A stretch of 31,802 bases of DNA from positions 1-31,802 of the forward strand of contig CBDUZK010000001.1 in assembly GCA_965371675.1 (NCBI GenBank), read 5' to 3'. The notes beneath the pieces are model-generated. The model did not search any database. It had not been told where the DNA came from and saw only the letters and a list, made by a program, of their open reading frames with translations. The DNA is from an uncultured bacterium. GTDB lineage: Bacteria > Hydrothermota > Tepidihabitantia > Tepidihabitantales > Tepidihabitantaceae. Shown in pieces: positions 8,161 through 14,156 of this stretch. How positions within the stretch are numbered: the stretch's first letter is position 1; each line of letters begins with the position of its first letter. Both the position numbers and the translations under genes were made by a program.

Positions 8161-8438
8161 TGGGTGGGATGGTCCGGTATCAATGCCCGAAGTGCGGGTA
8201 TGAAATCAACGCGTTGGCTGGTGCGGGAATGATGGGCATTGAGTACGACTGGTTCGTGTGCCACGAGTGCGCGGAGCTGTGTAACGTAGAGGTGTACGAC
8301 CACATCCGCGAGCGGAAAATCCTGCCACGGTGCTCGGAATCGAAGAGCCACCACATCGAGAAATGGTCCGCACCCGGTCCGTGCCCGAAGTGCGGGGCTA
8401 CCATCGAGGAAGGCGAGGGTTTCGGATGCTGGGACTGA
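8160..8438 (+). CDS. Small Cys-rich zinc-ribbon protein
   Basis: CPKC, CHEC and CPKC knuckles, ends in WD; 92 aa. Confidence 0.75.
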   Translation: MGGMVRYQCPKCGYEINALAGAGMMGIEYDWFVCHECAELCNVEVYDHIRERKILPRCSESKSHHIEKWSAPGPCPKCGATIEEGEGFGCWD

Positions 8439-8460
8439 CGCCCGGCGCCGGTCACCGGTC

Positions 8461-8586
8461 ATGATCTGGATTATCTACGGCCCGGTGATACTGGTTGTCG
8501 TGGTCGCGATTGCGGCCGGCGTCTCAATCGTAATCCGCAAGCTGCGCGGCAAGGACGACAACCCGTACATCGACAGCGACGAGTGA
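8461..8586 (+). CDS. 41-aa single-pass membrane peptide (not in ORF track)
   Basis: MIWIIYGPVILVVVVAIAAGVSIVIRKLRGKDDNPYIDSDE*: hydrophobic helix, then a positive-inside RKLR and an acidic tail. Confidence 0.65.
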   Translation: MIWIIYGPVILVVVVAIAAGVSIVIRKLRGKDDNPYIDSDE

Positions 8587-8587
8587 G
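8550..8587 (+). repeat. 38-bp direct repeat, copy 1
   Basis: CAAGGACGACAACCCGTACATCGACAGCGACGAGTGAG; 37/38 identical to 9782-9819. Confidence 0.95.
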
Positions 8588-8640
8588 ACGGCCGTAGTCC
8601 GCCGCCCGCGTGTGGAACCCGCGGCGTTGCGGGGAGAATG

Positions 8641-9543
8641 CTAGTCGGTAGCCGGCGTGCCGGGAGGAGCCAACACGTAGCTCCGGTATTCCCAGGCCCC
8701 GGTGCGGAATGCTTCATAGGTCGCCGTTCCCTCGGTCGCCGCGAACTGGCAGAACAGCGGCCGGAGCAGGACGGGCACGCGTCGCCGGACCAGGGCGAGC
8801 TTGCGCCCGCTGTCCTGCGCCAGCGCGGCAGAGACGTTGTGCGTGATTGAGCGTTCGGACACAATCCGGAACCCGCCCCGGACGAGCTGGTCGCGCAGGA
8901 CACCGGTGAGGCCGCGGCTGCGGAAGTCGGCGAACAGGAAAAGCCCGCCCGGCCGCAGGACCCGGCGGACTTCGCCCAGAAAGGAAGACATCGAACCGTA
9001 GCAGTGGGACGATTCCACGTTGACCACCGCGTCGAACGAGCCGGCCGCGAACGGCAGGGACTCGCTGTCTCCGCGCCGGAACCGGAGCCCGGGCATCCGG
9101 TGGTTGCGCCGGCAGAATGCAACCGCGCCCGGGTCGAGGTCGAGCCCGGTGACCGTACGCGGCCCGTGGCACCGGGCGATATACGACGCCCCGCCGCCCC
9201 TGCCGCACCCGATTTCGAGCACATCGCGGCCGGTAAGGTCCATCGCCCCGGCAACGTGATGGTAGAGCTGGATGCCGAGCCGGTCCGGCTCGTCCGCCGC
9301 GCTCAGGACCGGCGCTGCCGGGTCACCGGCAGCGAGGGCATAGCCGTAGTTGGTGTAGGTGACTTCACCCGCCCGGTCGAGACGGGCGAGGCGTCGGTAC
9401 AGGGCCCGGTAGGCCACGCGCCGCAGGATGGGGAACACGCGGAAGACCGTTTCGGTCGCGCCCATGAACGGGACCCGTTCGGCGACGCGATGCGCCCATC
9501 CGGACCGGACATACCTAGCCGTCGAAGCGCCATTCGCAGACAT
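8641..9543 (-). CDS. Class I SAM-dependent methyltransferase
   Basis: 'YTNYGY', 'LGIQLYHHVA', 'DVLEIGCGRGGG', 'GDSESLPF', 'VVNVESSHCY', 'EVRRVLRPGG'. Resembles the lipid/fatty-acid O-methyltransferase subfamily. Confidence 0.85.
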   Translation of the reverse strand: MSANGASTARYVRSGWAHRVAERVPFMGATETVFRVFPILRRVAYRALYRRLARLDRAGEVTYTNYGYALAAGDPAAPVLSAADEPDRLGIQLYHHVAGAMDLTGRDVLEIGCGRGGGASYIARCHGPRTVTGLDLDPGAVAFCRRNHRMPGLRFRRGDSESLPFAAGSFDAVVNVESSHCYGSMSSFLGEVRRVLRPGGLFLFADFRSRGLTGVLRDQLVRGGFRIVSERSITHNVSAALAQDSGRKLALVRRRVPVLLRPLFCQFAATEGTATYEAFRTGAWEYRSYVLAPPGTPATD

Positions 9544-9551
9544 TGGCTCTC

Positions 9552-9580
9552 ATTGTACCGGTTTCACGCGCTGCAGGCAA
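9552..9580 (-). promoter_or_regulatory. Promoter of the methyltransferase
   Basis: TTGCCT-N17-TACAAT, 8 nt before ATG 9543. Confidence 0.7.
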
Positions 9581-9618
9581 TCGCCGAGGAAGGCCCCGAA
9601 ACCCGACATGGGAATCTC

Positions 9619-9759
9619 AACACAGAGACACCAGGAACACCAAGCGGCAGACCAGAAGCCGAGAAGCGTTGTCGCCCGGCATGTGCGGTATCGCCTTGAC
9701 CGAGGAGGCGGCGCAAGGCTTCGTAACCCCCGGCTTCTCACCTTCGTGTCTTTGTGGTT
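9619..9759. repeat. Imperfect inverted-repeat-bounded (REP/MITE-like) segment
   Basis: AACACAGAGACACCAGG (9619-9635) versus the reverse complement of CCTTCGTGTCTTTGTGGTT (9741-9759); core 10/11 identical. Confidence 0.4.
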
Positions 9760-9781
9760 CCGTTCCGGTTCTTGGGGAGGA

Positions 9782-9819
9782 CAAGGACGACAACCCGTAC
9801 ATCGACAGCGAGGAGTGAG
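9782..9819 (+). repeat. 38-bp direct repeat, copy 2
   Basis: CAAGGACGACAACCCGTACATCGACAGCGAGGAGTGAG. Confidence 0.95.
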
Positions 9820-9889
9820 CGGTCCCCGACGGCTTCACCATACCGGACTCTCACCGGCATGGAAGTTTGTCAATACTGTGCATTTTGTC

Positions 9890-9917
9890 TTGACAGCACG
9901 ACCCGGGCGAGTAGAGT
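9890..9917 (+). promoter_or_regulatory. Candidate promoter for the lipoprotein gene
   Basis: TTGACA-N16-TAGAGT; TGTCAA at 9868-9873 forms an inverted repeat with the -35. Confidence 0.45.
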
Positions 9918-10030
9918 AGAAATCGAGATAGGGTTACTCTCACTCCGCACGTTACGGCCGGTCGTCGATTGACACTTGGCGCAGAGTCCGGGGGTATACG
10001 TGCGATTTGCAAACGGAAAATTACAGCCGT

Positions 10031-10316
10031 CTGACCCGGTCGGGTCGGCCGGAAGGCGGCGAGCTGAGATGGCAATAAGATGCCCGGTCTGATGCGATCG
10101 TGACGGCCGGGACATCAACGGAGGTTGAGGTAAGTACACCAGGGCAGCGGCATTACCGGACCGACTGAAGAGTGAGCGGGTGGCATTCGCCATCAATTCG
10201 ACAGTCACCGCCGGCTCATCTGCTGCCCAGGGTTGCCGCTCCGAACAACTGTGCCCCGTACGCTGAGATGCACGAGTGCTGCGGCGGCGCGCTGATGGGG
10301 CACTGCGCGCCGCCGC
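10031..10316 (+). ncRNA. Candidate structured 5' leader (unclassified)
   Basis: Multiple complementary stems, including a perfect 12-bp stem (10281-10292 / 10305-10316) just upstream of the SD. No credible ORF in this region. Confidence 0.35.
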
Positions 10317-10339
10317 GGATAAAAGCAGGAGGCTGATAT

Positions 10340-11362
10340 ATGAAACAAAGAGCATGGCTCATCACGCTCATAGCGGTCATGGCGGTTGGTCTTTTGACCA
10401 CCGGCTGTGACAAGCTGTGGGAAGAGCCTGAGGCTGCCTTTGAGATTGCCCGCACCGTCTGCGGCGAGCCAAAGGTTGTCACGATCTGGGCCGGCCAGCA
10501 CATCGACGCCGGTACGGTAACGGTCCAGAACTGCGAGGACTCGATCTGCGTCAAGATTGAGACTTCGGGTGATTGGGTGATAACCGAAAGCCACTTCGCC
10601 ATCGGCAACTCGTGTCAAGAACTGCCGCGCACCAAGAAGGGCAAGTTGATTCCGGGTCAGTTCCCGTACCAGGTGGTCAATGACCCGCCGGTGACCGAGT
10701 ACCGGTACTGCGTCCCGATTGGCGACTGGGAGCCGGGCGACACCGTCTACATCGCGGTCCATGTTGTCGTCGCGCGCTTCGATGAGGGCGGCGAACTGCT
10801 CCAAGAAGAAACCGGCTGGGCCGACTCCTGGAAGGGCTGCTTCTGGTACGAAATCCAGGAGTGCTACAAGGACGTCACCCTGCCCGACTACCCGATCCGG
10901 CTCAGGGGGTTCTATCCCGGGACGAGCAGCTACTGGCGGATTGAACTCGACGGCATCAACGAGACCGGCTACAACGTCTGGAACGGCGACCAGTGGCTTG
11001 GCTGGTGCTCGGAGAAGACCGTCGGAATGTACCCCGGTCGGTGGTACACGGTCACCCTGCTCTCAAGCCAGGACCCGAACATGCCCGACCGGGTGAAGTA
11101 CGGCACATACCGCGGCCTGCGCCTCTGGGGCTCTGTCAACTGGCTGTTGAACAACAAGCCGACCGGCCTGACCAACGCGCAGATGCAGAACATCATGTGG
11201 TACCTGGTTGGTGAGTTGGCCAGCAAGCCCAGCGGTCTGGAGACCTACATTGACCAGGCCATGGGCCACAACGACTTCCGGCCCGAGATCGGCCAGTGGA
11301 TTGCGGTTATCACTCTCACACCTCAGACCGTCCAGCTCTGCTTCATCGAAGTCGACCCATAG
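10340..11362 (+). CDS. Lipoprotein with two extracellular domains; C-terminal domain thioester-domain-like
   Basis: SD AGGAGG at 10327-10332 and lipobox LTTG-C. Domain 1: 'WAGQHIDAGTVTV...KLIPGQFPY'. Domain 2 has 'GWCSE' and 'QMQNIMW'. Confidence 0.8.
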   Translation: MKQRAWLITLIAVMAVGLLTTGCDKLWEEPEAAFEIARTVCGEPKVVTIWAGQHIDAGTVTVQNCEDSICVKIETSGDWVITESHFAIGNSCQELPRTKKGKLIPGQFPYQVVNDPPVTEYRYCVPIGDWEPGDTVYIAVHVVVARFDEGGELLQEETGWADSWKGCFWYEIQECYKDVTLPDYPIRLRGFYPGTSSYWRIELDGINETGYNVWNGDQWLGWCSEKTVGMYPGRWYTVTLLSSQDPNMPDRVKYGTYRGLRLWGSVNWLLNNKPTGLTNAQMQNIMWYLVGELASKPSGLETYIDQAMGHNDFRPEIGQWIAVITLTPQTVQLCFIEVDP

Positions 11363-11386
11363 ACTTCCTGGACGCAGCAATACTCA

Positions 11387-11420
11387 CGGGGGAGCCAAAC
11401 GGCTCCCCCGCTCTTTTTCT
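11387..11420 (+). terminator. Rho-independent terminator
   Basis: CGGGGGAGCC-AAAC-GGCTCCCCCG followed by CTCTTTTTCT. Confidence 0.85.
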
Positions 11421-11619
11421 CAACAAGAGAATCCGGGGGTGGTGCCGCTTTCCACCACGCGTTTGACTCAAGCCCATCGGAGCATTCTGCACTTGTGTCG
11501 TCAGCGGACGACTCGGGGAGACGGAGGCCGGACGAGGAAAGAGGAGGTGCGCAACGGAAAGATCAGGCAACAGAACAGGGGGATTCGAGGATTCCGGTGG
11601 CCGACGATGACATGAAGGG

Positions 11620-11648
11620 TTGACCCGGGGACGGGCCGCACCTATCCT
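11620..11648 (+). promoter_or_regulatory. sigma70-like promoter
   Basis: TTGACC-N17-TATCCT, 6 nt before GTG 11655. Confidence 0.65.
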
Positions 11649-11687
11649 GAATCTGTGAATGCAGCAGACCGGGCCGGGGACTGACCG

Positions 11688-12398
11688 GTGGGACTGAGCG
11701 TCACGAGCCTGGTGTTGGGAATCGGGGCGATGCTCTCCGGCCCGATTGCCGGCGTCCCGGCAATCATCCTCGGCTGGATTGCGCTGGCACGCGGGAAGCC
11801 GGGACGAGGCATGGCGATTGCGGGCGTGATCACCGGGGCGTTCGGGACCGTGATGGTGTCGATACTCCTCCTAGGCGCGGGCATGGCGTTGACGCGGCTG
11901 CACGAGGAGAATCGCCGGGGTGAAGTCTGGCGGAACATGTGTTTCGTGCACACGGCGATGGAGAACTGGTATATCACCCACCTCGGAACGTACCCGGGCC
12001 CGGAGGTTTCGTGGGCCCCGGACGTGGACGAAACCGGTATGGCCGGTCATTTCCCGGCCGACGATGACGGGACATCGCCGTTCTTTCCGGTCAATCCGTA
12101 CACGGGTAAACACTACGCGCCCGGTACAGACCTGTTCTACTTCCCCGACTACCTGATTCAGGGGCAGCGCGAGATTGTTGACGGCTCGCAGCCCGGCTGT
12201 CCTTACCAGGACCTGGCCGCACCGGGGGGAAAGCCCGGTACAATCCTGGTGTTGGGCTGGACGAACACCGGGGATGGCGAGCGCCGGCTGGAGGAATACG
12301 TGGTGGTCGGCTACAGCAGGAAGACCAACGAGCCGCTTCACACCGACAAGTGGCGCGACGGCACAGGTGTCAGGACGTACCGCGTCCGGTACAACTGA
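11688..12398 (+). CDS. DUF4190-like membrane anchor fused to a pilin/pseudopilin-like domain
   Basis: 'GLSVTSLVLGIG..PAIILGWIAL..GRGMAIAGVITG' resembles DUF4190. 'RRGEVWRNMCFVHTAMENWY...GTYP' resembles a pilin alpha-helix. Confidence 0.6.
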   Translation: MGLSVTSLVLGIGAMLSGPIAGVPAIILGWIALARGKPGRGMAIAGVITGAFGTVMVSILLLGAGMALTRLHEENRRGEVWRNMCFVHTAMENWYITHLGTYPGPEVSWAPDVDETGMAGHFPADDDGTSPFFPVNPYTGKHYAPGTDLFYFPDYLIQGQREIVDGSQPGCPYQDLAAPGGKPGTILVLGWTNTGDGERRLEEYVVVGYSRKTNEPLHTDKWRDGTGVRTYRVRYN

Positions 12399-12407
12399 GG
12401 CATATTG

Positions 12408-13202
12408 ATGCCGGGAAGACTGGCGGACACGATGGTAAAGCTCTCAGCCGGCTGCCTGGCAGCGGCCGCAATGCTCGTTTGCTGCGGCGTCGCGTCGGCA
12501 CAGGACATGCCGGGCGAGCCGAAGCTGTACGAAGTACGGCAGACGTACGCGCTGCCGGTGGCAGACTACCTGTCCCTGTACATCGATGCTTACGGCGCAA
12601 ACGTGACGCTCGAGAACGGACCGGCGGGGCTGGTCGAGGCGGTATTTCACGTCGCCGATACGCTCCACCCGCCGGTATTCGACCGATATGTCTGGGCCGA
12701 CAGCGGGGAACAGGGTTCGTTCCAGTTCTCCCGGCCCGAGGACGACCCCGGCGCAATGAAGGGCGAACTATGGGCGATTCGCGTGCCCCGGGACATGGAT
12801 TTCGTCAGCATCTCGTTCGCCGGGTTTGCCGACGTCGCGCTCTGGGAGGTCGACACCCTGACCACATACTTCACAGCCGATTCCGCCAATCTCCTCATGG
12901 ACCTGAGCAGCCTCGAGTCGGGCAGGATTACCATGATTGCCGAAGCGCGGACCGGCGACATATTTCTCTATGTACCCAGGACCGCGGACGTCGCCGTATT
13001 CGCAAGCTGCACGCTGGGCGTGTTGAACGCGCCGGGATTCGTCGAAACCGACCTGGCTGAGTACGCACCGGAGGTGAAAATCGAGTTCCCCGTGCCTAGA
13101 CAGGGCCGACGTTATGCCCCGGCAGCCGGGGGTGGGGCAAAGGTCGTCCTGATTGCCACTGCGGACCGCGGCGACGTGAACGTGGTGCTGGTCGACCCCT
13201 AG
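12408..13202 (+). CDS. Secreted hypothetical protein, beta-rich (toast-rack/DUF4097-like)
   Basis: Signal peptide 'AAAAMLVCCGVASA-QD' and repeated beta-strand patterns. The family call is tentative. Confidence 0.55.
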   Translation: MPGRLADTMVKLSAGCLAAAAMLVCCGVASAQDMPGEPKLYEVRQTYALPVADYLSLYIDAYGANVTLENGPAGLVEAVFHVADTLHPPVFDRYVWADSGEQGSFQFSRPEDDPGAMKGELWAIRVPRDMDFVSISFAGFADVALWEVDTLTTYFTADSANLLMDLSSLESGRITMIAEARTGDIFLYVPRTADVAVFASCTLGVLNAPGFVETDLAEYAPEVKIEFPVPRQGRRYAPAAGGGAKVVLIATADRGDVNVVLVDP

Positions 13203-13204
13203 CA

Positions 13205-13237
13205 GCGGGAAGACGCGGGACAGTCCCGGCTTCCCGC
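13205..13237 (+). terminator. GC hairpin after the 13202 stop (possible terminator)
   Basis: GCGGGAAG...CTTCCCGC with an inner stem; no U-tract. Confidence 0.3.
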
Positions 13238-13244
13238 CACCCGC

Positions 13245-13272
13245 TTGACAGGTGACGGCGAAAACGTAGTAT
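13245..13272 (+). promoter_or_regulatory. Promoter of the DUF2769 lipoprotein
   Basis: TTGACA-N16-TAGTAT; SD AGGAGG at 13296-13301. Confidence 0.6.
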
Positions 13273-13306
13273 GTCCTGATTTCGTGTACACAAAAAGGAG
13301 GTGCCG

Positions 13307-13699
13307 GTGTTGAAGAGTTCGCTGTTCATTTTCCTGGCGTCCATGCTGGTGGCCGGCTTCGTGGCTTGCCCCGGACCGGAGCAGGTGGCGGAGAAGCCAC
13401 CCGTGCCGGCTGAAGAGAAGCCGATGACCGAAGAACAGAAGATGCAGTTCGTGATGGAGAACTGCGTCTGCAAGAACTGCCCGAGTTGGACCCCGGCCTG
13501 TGACGAGCAAGGTATATGGGGCGGCTTCTGCGCAATCGGGAAGACCGAGTGCATCACCAAGGAGCAGGGCTGTATCTGCCCCGAGTGCCCGGTCACGAAG
13601 AAGATGGGTCTGAAGTGGGGCTACTACTGCACCCGCGGCTCCGCCGAAGACATGATGAAGAAGGAAATGGAGAAGAAAGAGGGGGAAACGGGCGGATAG
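13307..13699 (+). CDS. Lipoprotein carrying a 10-Cys DUF2769-like domain
   Basis: Signal peptide plus lipobox FVA-C, a Pro/Glu linker, then CxCxxCPSW..C..GFC..GK..CI..GCICxxCPV..YYCxxG. Start set by SD spacing (13307 or 13310). Confidence 0.8.
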   Translation: MLKSSLFIFLASMLVAGFVACPGPEQVAEKPPVPAEEKPMTEEQKMQFVMENCVCKNCPSWTPACDEQGIWGGFCAIGKTECITKEQGCICPECPVTKKMGLKWGYYCTRGSAEDMMKKEMEKKEGETGG

Positions 13700-13705
13700 C
13701 CCGGT

Positions 13706-14008
13706 TTACTCCGCGCCTTCTTTTTTCGTAGGACTGTCGACCATCGCCGCCCGCCGCCTGCGGGCGGCGCGCTTTCGTCGCTGAAGCCACAGCTGAATGA
13801 AGATGATACTGCCGGTGACCGCCATGAACGCCAACCCTGCCGCCAGTGCGAGTGCGACGTACCTGCTGACCAGCGACCAGTTGTGCAACAGGCGTACATT
13901 GCGCTGGAGGCTGTCCAGCCGCAGCAGAAACCCGGTCACCGCCTGCAACAACACCAGCGGTGCGATGGTGATACCGGTGTATCGGTGCAACTTCCTGACT
14001 AGAATCAT
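13706..14008 (-). CDS. Small PepSY-associated-TM-like membrane protein
   Basis: SD AGGAG then MILVRKLHRYTGITIAPLVLLQAVTGFLL. The 'RKLHR..G...TG' motif and a second TM helix preceded by 'LLHNW'. Confidence 0.75.
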   Translation of the reverse strand: MILVRKLHRYTGITIAPLVLLQAVTGFLLRLDSLQRNVRLLHNWSLVSRYVALALAAGLAFMAVTGSIIFIQLWLQRRKRAARRRRAAMVDSPTKKEGAE

Positions 14009-14156
14009 GCTTCGCTCCTTTTGTCGGTGGCGTCGTAGCGGTCCGGGAACGCGACGCTCTCCAATGGCAGCCGTTCCGGACTGACCTTTTCGGCGCGACG
14101 TCCCACGATTATGATGACGTCGTGGCGATGGGTCGTATTGGCATTCATCGGTAGCC

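Noticed and set aside
9543-9818. 91-aa ORF ending in KDDNPYIDSEE as an intact paralogue
   Set aside because: The upstream part lacks the TM helix, overlaps the methyltransferase promoter and runs through the inverted-repeat segment.
10070-10116. c-di-GMP-I (GEMM) riboswitch
   Set aside because: GGTCTGA...GACGGCCGGG resembles one GEMM stem, but the GAAA-tetraloop stem and the closing P1 are not identifiable.
10164-10225. Hammerhead ribozyme (CTGAAGAG core)
   Set aside because: The required CGAAA after stem II is absent.
11495-11623. 42-aa acidic small ORF (MSSADDSGRRRPDEE...)
   Set aside because: Promoter spacing is poor (14 nt) and there is no SD or motif.
11682-11684. Selenocysteine or alternative genetic code at the in-frame TGA
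   Set aside because: No SECIS-like hairpin or redox motif context, and many genes in the window use TGA as a normal stop.
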